Assembly (NCBI GenBank): GCA_964628445.1
Contig: CAZVOP010000006.1
Location: 6,723 to 70,722 of the forward strand
Reading direction: 5' to 3'
DNA: 64,000 bases
Source of the DNA: an uncultured Pseudobdellovibrionaceae bacterium
GTDB taxonomy: Bacteria; Bdellovibrionota; Bdellovibrionia; Bdellovibrionales; UBA1609
Each line of letters starts with the position of its first letter. Within the stretch, counting starts at the first letter, position 1. A model generated the notes under the pieces. The model was not told where the DNA came from. It saw nothing but the letters and a program-made list of their open reading frames with translations, and searched no databases. A program made the translations under genes and the position numbers. Shown here piece after piece: positions 25,091 through 35,404 of the stretch.

Positions 25091-25677
25091 TTCTTCTCTC
25101 TCAGGTCTTGCGGTTCGCGGTCTCGTTGTAAACTTTTAAGATAAGCCACCAAGGCCTCGGCCTGGTGGCTGGGCTTGATCCAGCGCTTGGATTCACCGGG
25201 AATCTGCAAAGTATTTTCGCCGGGCGATTGATCCGCTTCGATCACCTCATATAAAAAGGGAAAGCCGGGCATGATGCTCCACTTGACCAACAGCCTTGGA
25301 TTGTAGAGGTGCAGATGATTCCATGTGGCGCTGGGCTGGCGTGAGCCGATATTGGAAAGATCCGGCCCGGTTCTCATGGTGCCCAATAGGTGCGGGCTAT
25401 CATAAATGTAATCCGACGGACGGCTTGGACGGCCCCAGCCGAATTGTTGATCCGCCCCCGCCGAGGGGTCGCGCACTTGTTGGGAGTGGCAGTACACGCA
25501 GCCATTCTCGATATAAACTTTGCGACCTTCGCTTTCCAGTTCGGTATACGGCGCCTGCGCGCTAAGGTGGCGGTCATTCACGGCTTGAATCTGAATCCGT
25601 GGCACGATCACAAAAAGAAACAACGAGAGAAGAATCGTGCTGGTTCCGCCGAAAACAAAAATGTAGGCCTTTTTCAT
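25087..25677 (-). CDS. ccoO: cbb3-type cytochrome c oxidase subunit II (monoheme)
   Basis: N-terminal TM with CVYCHSQQVRD, and FixO/CcoO-like length. Start set at MKKAYIF (ATG 25677), overlapping the ccoN stop (ATGA). Confidence 0.8.
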   Translation of the reverse strand: MKKAYIFVFGGTSTILLSLFLFVIVPRIQIQAVNDRHLSAQAPYTELESEGRKVYIENGCVYCHSQQVRDPSAGADQQFGWGRPSRPSDYIYDSPHLLGTMRTGPDLSNIGSRQPSATWNHLHLYNPRLLVKWSIMPGFPFLYEVIEADQSPGENTLQIPGESKRWIKPSHQAEALVAYLKSLQRDREPQDLREKK

Positions 25678-27209
25678 CGCGCGCCTTCCTTTCTGTCCAG
25701 CCACATCAAATCAACGACATTGAAAAGCAAAATAAGATGTGACAGCAGCATCAATGTTCCGCCGACACTTCGGGTAATAAGATAAGGCATCGTGATCGCC
25801 ACCGAAGCTTCAAAACTACCTTGCGGGTTTTGCAGTTCGAAGCCTTGTAAAAATCCTCCGATACCCAGCGCCACGGCATAAATCAGCACGCCGATCGCCG
25901 CGATCCAAAAATGCCAATTGATCAACCATGGATAGCGCCAGTCGCGGGCCAGCAAGCGCGGCATCGCAAAATAGATCCCGCCGAAAAAAACCATCGAAGT
26001 AAATCCATAAAGCCCCAGGTGGGCGTGAGAAACCGTCCAATGCGTAAAGTGCGTAATATAATTGAAATACCTAAGCGAATGCAGCGAGCCCTGAAGAGAA
26101 CTGACGGTGTACATCATCGCTCCGAACACGATGAAGCGCAAAACCGCCGACTCTTTTAGTACGTGAAAATGCCGATACGCCGTAACGTGGTGATTGATGG
26201 CCACCGTGATGACCGGAATCGCCATCCCCACGCTCATGACAATCGAGAGATTCCCCACCCAAGTCGGAATTGGGCCGCCCAACAAGTGGTGGGCGCCGAC
26301 TTGCGAATAAAAAAGGGCAAGCCCCCAAAAACCAAAAAGAGAAAGCTGGTAAGAGGCGATCGGCCGCCCGATAATTTTGGGTAGCAGATAATAGATGATA
26401 CCCAGGCCAAGCGGCGTGACCCATAGACCCAGAACGTTGTGCGCGAACCACCAATTGGAAATTCCCTGCTCGACGCCGCTATGAAGAAAGTGCGAATTGC
26501 CGATGATGAAAAGGATCGGGAACCAAATCAAAGCGCAAATCGAATACCACATCGTCACGTACAAATGCTTTTCTTTACTCAACAAAATCGTTTTAAATAA
26601 CGGAATCGCGATAAGCCCGCCGGCCACGGCCAAAAGAATATCCACGGGCCACCAGAACTCAAGCCACTCCAAGCCGTCGGTATATCCATAAAGAATTCCC
26701 AAACAGCCGAGTATCACGCCGATGTTCCACAATATCCCGGCCACATAAAGAACGTTCTTGCTTTGTAGCGGCACCTTCGCCAGACGCGGGACCAACCATA
26801 ACGAAATCCCAAGACCTGCAAAACTCAACCAGCCATAAGCGATAATATTTAAATGAAGAGGCCGAAGCTTTCCAAACGTCAGCAAGCCTTCGCTACCGAG
26901 AAATTCCGGGCTATGAAATTTGAAAGAAACTAAAAGCCCGAGAAGGGAGCCCAGCACCAACCATATGACTGAGGACACAATAAAAAAGACGATGGGCCCG
27001 CGCGCGGATTGATCGAGTTCTTTCCATTTTTCACTCAGGCCGCTGCGGCTATCAAGTTCGGAATGGCCTTCTTCGCCGGCGGAGAAAATTGAGCTTGCGG
27101 CCTCCGGAGGAACCAAAACTTGTTTTTGAATGAGTGCCACGACAAATGCGAACATTCCCAAAACGGATATGGCAAATGTCAGGACAAGAAAAACAACTTT
27201 GGCATCCAT
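25674..27209 (-). CDS. ccoN: cbb3-type cytochrome c oxidase subunit I
   Basis: Polytopic heme-copper oxidase with WFAHNVLGLWVTP, GAHHLLGGP and HWTVSHAHLGLYGF His ligand blocks. Start set at ATG 27209 (GAAGG upstream) rather than TTG 27221. Confidence 0.85.
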   Translation of the reverse strand: MDAKVVFLVLTFAISVLGMFAFVVALIQKQVLVPPEAASSIFSAGEEGHSELDSRSGLSEKWKELDQSARGPIVFFIVSSVIWLVLGSLLGLLVSFKFHSPEFLGSEGLLTFGKLRPLHLNIIAYGWLSFAGLGISLWLVPRLAKVPLQSKNVLYVAGILWNIGVILGCLGILYGYTDGLEWLEFWWPVDILLAVAGGLIAIPLFKTILLSKEKHLYVTMWYSICALIWFPILFIIGNSHFLHSGVEQGISNWWFAHNVLGLWVTPLGLGIIYYLLPKIIGRPIASYQLSLFGFWGLALFYSQVGAHHLLGGPIPTWVGNLSIVMSVGMAIPVITVAINHHVTAYRHFHVLKESAVLRFIVFGAMMYTVSSLQGSLHSLRYFNYITHFTHWTVSHAHLGLYGFTSMVFFGGIYFAMPRLLARDWRYPWLINWHFWIAAIGVLIYAVALGIGGFLQGFELQNPQGSFEASVAITMPYLITRSVGGTLMLLSHLILLFNVVDLMWLDRKEGAR

Positions 27210-27281
27210 AGAAACCTTCAATCTGAACTAAACACGCTTAATTGTTGTATTTGTTATGCAACTATTATAGACAACCTGTCA

Positions 27282-29462
27282 ATGACCGAGTCTCAGGACG
27301 CCCCACTCATCTATTTTATTTCGGGAATGTGGTGCTCCACTTGCGCCAAAACCATTCAAGATGGTGCGTCAAAAATCACGGGCATCGCTTCGGCGGAAGT
27401 CAGCTATCCCAGCAAACTTCTGTTGGTTGGGCTGCGCGACCAGGCGGATCCAGTCGCCGCCGACGAAGAAATACGGAAAAAAGTCGAAGCGATCGGCTTC
27501 GGAATAAAAAAACAGTCCGCGGGCTGGCTTCAATCATTCAATGAAGATCTTGATCGGGAGCAAAAGCGCGGTTTGTCCACCGTTAGAATGAGCTTGGTGT
27601 GGTTTCTTGCCATGTGGTCGTCGATGATCGCATTTGCGGGCTACCTTGGCGGCGGCATCAGCACCGACGAGCGCTATTATTTTTCTTTGGCCTCGAGTGT
27701 TTTCGGCATTCCCGCCATTATTATCGGCATTATCCCGTATGCCCAATCGGGATGGCGAGCCCTAAGTTCAAGCCGGCTGTGGACACTTGACCTATTTATT
27801 TCTGTCGGCGGAGTCGCCGCCGTTTCGCTCACGGCGTTGAACCTGCTTTCCGGCCAAGCACACAGCTATGCGGACTCGGGCGCGATGATTGTCGCCATTT
27901 TATTGCTGACTAAGTTTATCGAAAGCTCAGTGGCACAAAAGCTTTCGTCCTCAATCCTCTTTCAAATTAATCAGTTTCATGACTTCACCGAAGTCTTCAA
28001 GGCCGGCGACTGGAAAAAGGCCCAAGCCTCGCAAATCAGAAAAGAAGATCGTGTCCGTGTCGCGCGCGGCACCACCGTCGCTTTTGACGGACGGCTTTTA
28101 AGTTCGTCCGCATTGTTGAATAGCCATCTTTTAAGCGGGGAAGATGCTTTATTGCCGTTATCCGAAGGTGACCATGTGCTGGCCGGTACGATCGCCCATT
28201 CGGATTTCGAAATGATCGTCGCCCAGCCTCTCGGATACCGCCGCATCGACACGTGGGCCGAGTCGGCGCTGGCCTCGGGAGGCGGCTCGCTCTCGGGATC
28301 AAAGAGATTTTTGAGATTAGAGAGTTCGCTCACCGCGGTGGCTTTCAGCGGAGCTATTGTCGTCTCTGCCGCGCAATGGTGGCGCGGCGGCACGCCGATC
28401 GAAACCGCCGAAGCTTTTTTTACCGGCATTTTGATCTTTTGCCCGTGCCTCTTTGCAAGCATTATTCCGATTTCAAAACAAATGGTTCACCTCACCCTGC
28501 TTAAAATGGGCGTTATCATTAACCGTACCGAGGCGTTGCTCGATTTAAAGAAAATTAAAAATGTTTATCTCGATAAAACCGGAACGCTTGAGGCCGCCGA
28601 GTCCGAACTGATTTGCCTGGATCGCCAAAACACCGACCGTATTCAAATTATTCTGCATCAACTCTCGCTGAAATCGCACCATCCAATTTTGCGAGGGTTG
28701 CCACAGCTCACCGGCCAAACCGCAGCGGCCGCGCCGCCCGTCCTCAGTGAGATTCAAGAATTTCCCGGACAGGGAGTCACCGCCACGGTCGATGGTCTTT
28801 CGCCTCTTGTCGTCGGCCGATTCGAATTCGTCAATGAACGAACCGGCGTTGCGCAGGTGCCTTCGCCTTATCCCGTTATCGCGCTTAACGGCCAAACCGC
28901 CGGTCATATTGTGGTGAAGACGATATTCAACCATCAGGCTAAAAATTTTTTAGGCGAACTGTTGAACGAATTGCCGCGTGCCGAAATTGAGATTCTCTCC
29001 GGCGATCCCCGCCTTGAGGCCGGCGCACCATTGCTGATGATCGCCCCTAAGCGCCTCATTTACCGCGGCGGCCTTAGCCCCGAAGAGAAGGCGCAGGCGA
29101 TTCTTCCTCACAGCCTTTATATCGGCGACGGGCTTAACGATACCCTTGCACTTGCCAAAGCCAGCGTCAGTTGCCGCGTGGGGAATCGTGTCCTGGGTTT
29201 CGCGCCCGTCGATATTCAGTTGCAAGTTCCCGATTTGGAAATCATTTTGTCGGTTATGAAATATGCCAAAAGATACCGCCGGATTTTGTTACAAACGGCG
29301 CTGAGCGCGCTTTTATATAACGTGATCGCTTTTTCACTGGCGATTGCGGGAAAATTTTCTCCCCTGGGGGCCGTGGTGGCCATGCTCTTAAGCTTCGTCC
29401 TGCTTTTTCTTAGCTCGTCCCGACTTCTTTTACCCATACGGAGATCCCATGCGGCTGTCTGA
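27282..29462 (+). CDS. heavy-metal (copper)-translocating P-type ATPase, CcoI/FixI-like
   Basis: GMWCSTCA (HMA motif), FCPCLF (CPC), DKTGTLE and GDGLNDT. Start set at MTESQD (27282) to avoid overlap with divergent ccoN. Confidence 0.85.
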   Translation: MTESQDAPLIYFISGMWCSTCAKTIQDGASKITGIASAEVSYPSKLLLVGLRDQADPVAADEEIRKKVEAIGFGIKKQSAGWLQSFNEDLDREQKRGLSTVRMSLVWFLAMWSSMIAFAGYLGGGISTDERYYFSLASSVFGIPAIIIGIIPYAQSGWRALSSSRLWTLDLFISVGGVAAVSLTALNLLSGQAHSYADSGAMIVAILLLTKFIESSVAQKLSSSILFQINQFHDFTEVFKAGDWKKAQASQIRKEDRVRVARGTTVAFDGRLLSSSALLNSHLLSGEDALLPLSEGDHVLAGTIAHSDFEMIVAQPLGYRRIDTWAESALASGGGSLSGSKRFLRLESSLTAVAFSGAIVVSAAQWWRGGTPIETAEAFFTGILIFCPCLFASIIPISKQMVHLTLLKMGVIINRTEALLDLKKIKNVYLDKTGTLEAAESELICLDRQNTDRIQIILHQLSLKSHHPILRGLPQLTGQTAAAAPPVLSEIQEFPGQGVTATVDGLSPLVVGRFEFVNERTGVAQVPSPYPVIALNGQTAGHIVVKTIFNHQAKNFLGELLNELPRAEIEILSGDPRLEAGAPLLMIAPKRLIYRGGLSPEEKAQAILPHSLYIGDGLNDTLALAKASVSCRVGNRVLGFAPVDIQLQVPDLEIILSVMKYAKRYRRILLQTALSALLYNVIAFSLAIAGKFSPLGAVVAMLLSFVLLFLSSSRLLLPIRRSHAAV

Positions 29463-29874
29463 TTACACGGACTATTCGCTCCGCGTTCTTATTTATCTCA
29501 ACCGGACAAAAGAGACGTCCACTTTGGACCGTCTGGCCAAAAGCTTAGCCATCTCGAGGAATAATTTGATTCAGATTTCCAGCCAACTTTCCAAACTCGG
29601 CTACATCGAAGCTTCAAGGGGCCCAGGCGGAGGCCTAAAAATACGTGAAAGCGCGGGCAAAGCCCGCATCGGCGAGATCGTCCAAAAGACGGAACAGACA
29701 TTTCACATGGCTCAGTGTTTTACGGGCGGAAATGTCAGCTGTCCGATTTATCCACAGTGCGTTTTAAAAGAATGCCTGCAAGAAGCACTCGGGGCCTTTG
29801 TGTCTACCCTCGATAAATACAATCTCAATGATATTTCGCTTCCGCACAAAACCCGAGTAAGGAAGCGCCAATGA
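29449..29874 (+). CDS. Rrf2 family transcriptional regulator (NsrR-like)
   Basis: MRLSDYTDYSLRVLIYL is an Rrf2 N-terminus, and C-x7-C-x5-C (CFTGGNVSCPIYPQC) is the cluster-ligand spacing. It overlaps the ATPase stop. Confidence 0.8.
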   Translation: MRLSDYTDYSLRVLIYLNRTKETSTLDRLAKSLAISRNNLIQISSQLSKLGYIEASRGPGGGLKIRESAGKARIGEIVQKTEQTFHMAQCFTGGNVSCPIYPQCVLKECLQEALGAFVSTLDKYNLNDISLPHKTRVRKRQ

Positions 29875-31001
29875 CCGTCAGCCCCAATATGCCGGATTTC
29901 ATGGGCGCACTCTTTAAAAGCGTCGACGACGGAATCATTGTCGGCGATATCAACGGACAAATCATTTTCGCGAACGATTCCGCAAGACGCATCAACGACA
30001 ATGCGGATTTCCCGTCAAATCCGGACGAGCGCATTCTGCATTACTTTTCCGGCGACGGCGACGATCAGCCCATTAAGCCAAGCGACCTTCCACTTCGCGT
30101 AGCGCTTGCAAAAGGAGAGGTCCGCGGCTTTGAAACTTCGTACGTCACGCCGGCGGGGCATAAGAAAAATCTGATTTGCAATGGCCGCGCCCTTTTTGGT
30201 GCTCGCGGCGAACGAATTGGCGCGATTTTGGTTATGCACGACCGCACCGAAGAGCGCGCCGCAGCCGAGCAAAAGCGCGGGCTTGAGAATGAGCGCACCG
30301 ATCTACTTAGGATCAACGCCGAGCTTGAACGATTCTCCGCCATTGCCGCCCATGATTTGAAATCGCCGCTGAATTCCATAACCCAGTTCGTGGAACTGCT
30401 GCATGAAAGCCTTGGCGACAAAGTCGGCCCGAATGAAGCCATACTTCTACAACGAATCGTCAACGCGGGCACAAGGCTTCGTGCACTTATCGACGACCTT
30501 CTGGGCTATGCAAGAGCCGGCAAGAGCTTGGGCGAAAAAGCTTCCGTCGATTTGGACGGTGTTATCAATGACGTACTGGCCGCATTGCGTGGAGAGCTGG
30601 GGCAATCAAAGGCCCTTGTCGATGTCGGTGCAATGCCGGTGGTTTACGGCGACCGAATTGGCATCTCCCAAGTTTTTCAAAATTTAATTTCAAACGCCGT
30701 GAAATACAGAAGTGAGAGCGCGCTGATTATAACGATCCGCGCGCAGGAAACCGAATCCCACTGGCACCTGTCCGTCAAAGATAACGGCATTGGCATCGCC
30801 GCAAAAGATCACTCCGCCGCTCTTGAACTTTTCAAACGAGTTGAGAGCACGACAAAATGCGAGGGGACCGGGCTCGGCCTCCCCATCTGTAAGAGAATTA
30901 TAGAAGCCCACGGCGGGACCTTGATGCTGGATTCAGAGCGGGGGAAGGGAACGAATGTCCTCTTCACTCTCCCAAAATTGAATCTAAGCACGGGTAATTG
31001 A
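29871..31001 (+). CDS. PAS-domain sensor histidine kinase
   Basis: H-box FSAIAAHDLKSPLNSI, N-box NLISNAVKY and G-boxes DNGIGI / GTGLGLPICKRIIEAHGG. ATGA overlap with the Rrf2 gene. Confidence 0.85.
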   Translation: MTVSPNMPDFMGALFKSVDDGIIVGDINGQIIFANDSARRINDNADFPSNPDERILHYFSGDGDDQPIKPSDLPLRVALAKGEVRGFETSYVTPAGHKKNLICNGRALFGARGERIGAILVMHDRTEERAAAEQKRGLENERTDLLRINAELERFSAIAAHDLKSPLNSITQFVELLHESLGDKVGPNEAILLQRIVNAGTRLRALIDDLLGYARAGKSLGEKASVDLDGVINDVLAALRGELGQSKALVDVGAMPVVYGDRIGISQVFQNLISNAVKYRSESALIITIRAQETESHWHLSVKDNGIGIAAKDHSAALELFKRVESTTKCEGTGLGLPICKRIIEAHGGTLMLDSERGKGTNVLFTLPKLNLSTGN

Positions 31002-31364
31002 AACCACCTGCAGGCGCCGCGTTTGGCCGCCGGGAACGGGCCACTCGATAATTTCGTCCAACTTGAGCCCGATCAACGCGATTCCAATCGGCGCCAAAAT
31101 CGATATCCTTCCTTCGCCCGCATCCGCCTTCTCAGGGTAAACCAAGGTGATCGTCGATTCACTTTTCGACTCGAGATCACGGAATTTGAGGGTGGAATTC
31201 ATCGCCACGATCGTCGGTGACAGCTCGGAATCGGGAACCACGACGGCTCGTCCCAACTCCTCCTCCAGCTCCTCGGCGGCCGAGTTTTTGACGTTATTCG
31301 CCAAGCGCGAAAGCTTTTCGAAGTCGGTCGATGAAATATAAATATTCGGCAGTGTCTCTTCCAT
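30984..31364 (-). CDS. rnk: GreA/GreB-family regulator of nucleoside diphosphate kinase
   Basis: Collinear with E. coli Rnk as remembered: VAMNSTLKFRDL ... TLVYPEKAD ... ISILAPIGIALIGLKLDEIIEWPVPGG. Confidence 0.7.
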   Translation of the reverse strand: MEETLPNIYISSTDFEKLSRLANNVKNSAAEELEEELGRAVVVPDSELSPTIVAMNSTLKFRDLESKSESTITLVYPEKADAGEGRISILAPIGIALIGLKLDEIIEWPVPGGQTRRLQVVSITRA

Positions 31365-31611
31365 GTAGATCTCCTAAATCTGTATGTTTGAAATGAGAAT
31401 TAAATCCTGGAGGCGAAACGATTAGATTTTCGTTCGCCCAAATAAAATGAAGACCTTGCTCCCGTGGAAGCAAAGGATACGCGTGGAATGTGATGTCTTC
31501 AGACTTTGTATCACGTTTAGTAGGTCCTCTATTTAGAAGTATAACAGCTTTGCTCGCCCGACACAACTGGACCGATTTTAGACATCTCAAGGCCGGTTTA
31601 GCTCATAGTTT

Positions 31612-32352
31612 TTAGGCCGGCGGCTGGCGGCGTCCCATTTTTTGGCGGATCTCTTTCAACTCCGAGTCCATAAACGAAGAAACCGTTTGGTCCCGGCTGC
31701 GCATCTTTTGAATTACCTTCTGTGCCTGCTCCAGGCGATTGGCCGCAACCAGATATTTCACATAGTTTTGCACGACCGTAACTTGCATGACCCGCGGTCG
31801 CGCTGCGAGCACATACTCGAAGTGCTTTGCCGCTTCGTCGATTCGGCCGGTCTCACCCAAGGCCTTCGCATAGAAGTAGTTCACTTCGATATCCCCGTGG
31901 CCGTTGGCAAAGTAACGGCGAAAAGAGTCGGCGGCCTCTTTGTACTTGTGCTGTGCCACCTGAAAGCGGCCAAGCCTCGCAAATTGGCGCGAATCCGCCC
32001 GCGCGACTTCGAAATACATTTTTTCGACGCAATCGTATTTTTTAAGGCTGAGGCAGACCTCGCCCATGTGTTCATAATCTTGCGGAGCATGCGATCCTAA
32101 AATCTCGCCGACCTGAAAGAAGACGGCCTCAACGCTATGATTTCCCCAATTCGCGACCAACATAAACCCGAGCACCAGCGAGGCGGAAAAGCCGATAATG
32201 GAATAAAGAAAACTTCTCTCCATTTTCTCTTCGACAACAATTTGATTGGCCGATAAGACGTGCCCGCAGCAGTCGCATATGATGGGAAAGGACCTTAGCC
32301 GGTCGTTGTTAATCTTCAACTGGCAGCGAGGACAATTTTGAACAGCGAACAT
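31612..32352 (-). CDS. Zn-ribbon / TM / TPR-like repeat protein
   Basis: Start set at MFAVQNCPRC (GGGGGGAAG upstream). It has CPRC ... CDCCGH, one TM and C-terminal TPR-like helices. Confidence 0.45.
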   Translation of the reverse strand: MFAVQNCPRCQLKINNDRLRSFPIICDCCGHVLSANQIVVEEKMERSFLYSIIGFSASLVLGFMLVANWGNHSVEAVFFQVGEILGSHAPQDYEHMGEVCLSLKKYDCVEKMYFEVARADSRQFARLGRFQVAQHKYKEAADSFRRYFANGHGDIEVNYFYAKALGETGRIDEAAKHFEYVLAARPRVMQVTVVQNYVKYLVAANRLEQAQKVIQKMRSRDQTVSSFMDSELKEIRQKMGRRQPPA

Positions 32353-32639
32353 GCTTCCCCCCCGGATCTCTCTAAAGGAAGTAGAAGCAAGACCTCCGCC
32401 AACCCGCGACCGCCTAAATGCGCGCTGGCCTGTATAGCGCGAAAACTTTGCCTTCATAATTGACGGATCGATTTGAGACGTACCAACCGGCCCCTGGCCT
32501 TTAACATACGAGCGAAAACTAGCATCTCCCATACCATCTTGCTCGCTAATGAAAATGAACCGCCAAAACAACCTGAAGATTTTTCTGCTTTTCCCCTTTC
32601 GCATTGAAGAAGGGGCGCTTCGCCGCTAGTCATTGCTCC

Positions 32640-34130
32640 ATGATTTACATCTCAATGCTTCTCGTGCCGCTCTTGGCCGCGGCCAACGCCCTTGCCCAGA
32701 CACCCATTCGTCAAGGCCTTGGCTTTGACTCCGCAATCTTGCCGGCCTTCAGCGATCAGCACTTACTTTCCGCGATCAAAACTTCCGTTGAAAACTCGGG
32801 CGTAAATCCGATTTTTACAATCACTATGACGCCCAAAACACTCGATCAGGTGCAGGTTTCGGTGCGCGGAGCTGAGAAGAGCGCGAACTTCGTTTGCACG
32901 GTCGACGGAGCGGGAGCGGTCTGTGCAAAAAACCGCGATAGCGCAACCTCAACCTCCTCCACTTTGCTGACACAACACGTGGAAATTCCCTTCGGGAATA
33001 TAAAGGCCTATGGCTTCAAGTCTCACGACGAAGCCTTCTCACCTGGCGTCGCCGAGTGGGTCGCCATCGCCGTAGTTTCAGTTTACGCCGCAAAAAAAAT
33101 CCTGAACAAGTTCACAACCGGAAAATTTCTTGCCTCACAAAACGACCATTCGCATTTCTTTTTGCAGCCCGCGGAAATGCGCTCTGAAATGGCAAGCAAT
33201 AAGACGGCAATGGAAAATGCCCTCGCGAAAGCCGCAAATAATTTAGAAAGCGACTTGCTGCATGTGGCGGCACCGTTGGTTGCGGCCGCCGGATGCGGAC
33301 ATGATCACCACCGCGATCACGATCGTCATCATGAACTCGCTTGCGAAGGTGTCGACGCACCCTCCAGCGCGGAAGCGCAGCGAAGCCTATTGACGGCCTT
33401 CCCTCGTATGGCCGGAACGATTGCCAAAGATTTCTATAGTGAAATCCTCAGCCCAGTGATCGCCGTGGCTAAGTCCGCAGGCGACACGAACACGCGCAAT
33501 CAGCTCCTAAGCTTCGCCGAGCTTGTTTCCCTGCGTATGGTGAAAGAGCGCGGCGTATGGCCGGCGGTCGCGACCGGTGCATTTACCGTGGTCAGCCAAG
33601 TGGTGTGGGAAGGCCTCGAAAGCATCGTTCTTCCCGCCGGAGCACATATGTTTTGCCAGGTCGGCAACATCGCCATCCTCGGCGTTGCGGCTTCCGCTTA
33701 CACGGCCTATTACTGCTTGCGCCAGACGGCCGAACTGAAAGGCCTGACGCTTGCCCAGCGTGGGAGCGTGATCGCCCATGTTTCACGCCTCAATTGGCGC
33801 GCCAATCAAGGCGAAGATGCGAACCTCAAAGATCTCAAACCAAGTGAGAAGTTAGCGCTGTCCTTCCATTTACTTTTCAAGATGGTGGAAAAAGATGTGC
33901 GCAATGCGCGCAATCTCGGCGAAATCTCCAAGGCCGAGTCGCGCCAACTGGCCGCACGGCTCGGCGAACTCAAACGCGAACTGAATTTGATTTCGCTGAA
34001 GGCCGTGCTTGTGCCTGCGGACGATGCCGAGCTACAGGGCTGGCTGAAGAATTTGGCGGACCTTCATTCCTCGCTATTTCCGAAAGTGGAAACATGCGAA
34101 GAAATCCTCGTGCAAACCGCGGCTTCTTAG
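32640..34130 (+). CDS. hypothetical secreted/membrane protein with His-rich segment
   Basis: Signal-like MIYISMLLVPLLAAANALA and a GCGHDHHRDHDRHHELAC cluster. No family recognised. Confidence 0.4.
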   Translation: MIYISMLLVPLLAAANALAQTPIRQGLGFDSAILPAFSDQHLLSAIKTSVENSGVNPIFTITMTPKTLDQVQVSVRGAEKSANFVCTVDGAGAVCAKNRDSATSTSSTLLTQHVEIPFGNIKAYGFKSHDEAFSPGVAEWVAIAVVSVYAAKKILNKFTTGKFLASQNDHSHFFLQPAEMRSEMASNKTAMENALAKAANNLESDLLHVAAPLVAAAGCGHDHHRDHDRHHELACEGVDAPSSAEAQRSLLTAFPRMAGTIAKDFYSEILSPVIAVAKSAGDTNTRNQLLSFAELVSLRMVKERGVWPAVATGAFTVVSQVVWEGLESIVLPAGAHMFCQVGNIAILGVAASAYTAYYCLRQTAELKGLTLAQRGSVIAHVSRLNWRANQGEDANLKDLKPSEKLALSFHLLFKMVEKDVRNARNLGEISKAESRQLAARLGELKRELNLISLKAVLVPADDAELQGWLKNLADLHSSLFPKVETCEEILVQTAAS

Positions 34131-34378
34131 TTGCCGGAATTAAAAGCCCAGTCGCTTCCACAGTCGCGCTCGTAATAGCCTTTGCGTGAACTCCACGCGC
34201 AGAAATTATTCACTTCGTCGCTTTTAAGGGCCGCGCAATAGTCGTTGTGACTGTTAAACTCGTGCTTACCGGTCGCGCAGCCGTTTTCATTGATGTTGTA
34301 ACTGTATCTTTCCGTCTTATTTTCCTGGCCGCAGGCGCAAACCAATAAAACCAGCGCCAACCAAATGAGCTTGTTCAT
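34127..34378 (-). CDS. small Cys-containing lipoprotein
   Basis: AAGGAG upstream of ATG 34378. MNKLIWLALVLLVCACG contains a lipobox. Confidence 0.5.
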   Translation of the reverse strand: MNKLIWLALVLLVCACGQENKTERYSYNINENGCATGKHEFNSHNDYCAALKSDEVNNFCAWSSRKGYYERDCGSDWAFNSGN

Positions 34379-34444
34379 AACTCTCCTTAAGCCCCGGCAA
34401 ATTAACATTGCCAGCGGCGCGAACAAAAGATTAATTTTCAGGCC

Positions 34445-35404
34445 ATGAAAAATCCTCTACCCTTTTTATTGAGCGCGACAGGCCATTACCGAGGCCGCGG
34501 CATTAACCATGAAACTCAAAAGTTTAGAGGCGAATTCACCCTAACTCCGGTGCTTGGCGGAAAAGCGGTGCAAATTCATTTCAAGGCCAGCGGCGCCGAC
34601 CGAATGGTTTTTCATGAGGAGCTTTCGACCATTTCTTTGGATGCGAATGAAAATCCCCTTCTCGCCAATCTCAACACCAACATGCCCGGTTTAGTCATTC
34701 ATGAATTCAAAGGATCGAAGCCTGAACTCGGGGCCAAGGAAGGGTTTATCTTCCAGTTTAACGATCCAGAAAACCGGCAAGTCTTTCGCGAAGAAATCTG
34801 CCTCGGATTTTACGCAAACGGGGATCTAAGTTACCGCTATTCGTGGGGCCTGCCGGACGGCGATTTTGGATTTCGCTCAAGCGTTCGCCTCGCACCGTTT
34901 ACAAAGAAAGAACGGCCGGCATGCATTCAACACTGGTCGCAAAATCTTGATAAGGACAACTCCACATACGAAGGCAGCGACGAGCTGCTCAGCTACGGCG
35001 CGCGTTTGGGCAAAATCACCGGCCTCACGAAGATCGGCGTCCATCACGAAATCATGCCTCCTGCGCGGCGCACGTCGTGGCCTCACGCGGAAAGCCTGGA
35101 AGACGAGTTTGTTTATGTTCTTAAAGGTTATCCGCAGGTGTGGATTGACGGTGAACTCTATCCGCTCGAACCGGGCGATGCCGTCGGCTTTCCTTCAGGT
35201 ACGGGAATTGCCCACACCTTTATCAACAACTCGAATTCCGAAGTTCATTTGTTGGTGCTTGGCGAAACGGCCAAAAGGGAAAACAAAATCTTTTACCCAC
35301 TTCATCCGAAGCGCAATGAAGAGCTTAAAAGTTCCCTGTGGACGGATCGGCCTCAGCGGCCCTTGGGCTCTCATGATGGCCTACCGGATAAGTTCGAAGC
35401 ATAA
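34445..35404 (+). CDS. cupin-domain protein
   Basis: The C-terminal GDAVGFPSGTGIAHTFINNSNSEVHLLVLGE is a cupin motif 1/2-like block. Confidence 0.5.
   Translation: MKNPLPFLLSATGHYRGRGINHETQKFRGEFTLTPVLGGKAVQIHFKASGADRMVFHEELSTISLDANENPLLANLNTNMPGLVIHEFKGSKPELGAKEGFIFQFNDPENRQVFREEICLGFYANGDLSYRYSWGLPDGDFGFRSSVRLAPFTKKERPACIQHWSQNLDKDNSTYEGSDELLSYGARLGKITGLTKIGVHHEIMPPARRTSWPHAESLEDEFVYVLKGYPQVWIDGELYPLEPGDAVGFPSGTGIAHTFINNSNSEVHLLVLGETAKRENKIFYPLHPKRNEELKSSLWTDRPQRPLGSHDGLPDKFEA

Noticed and set aside
27120-27281. N-terminal 54 codons of the P-type ATPase ORF
   Set aside because: They overlap the divergent ccoN start. MTESQD at 27282 immediately precedes the HMA domain.
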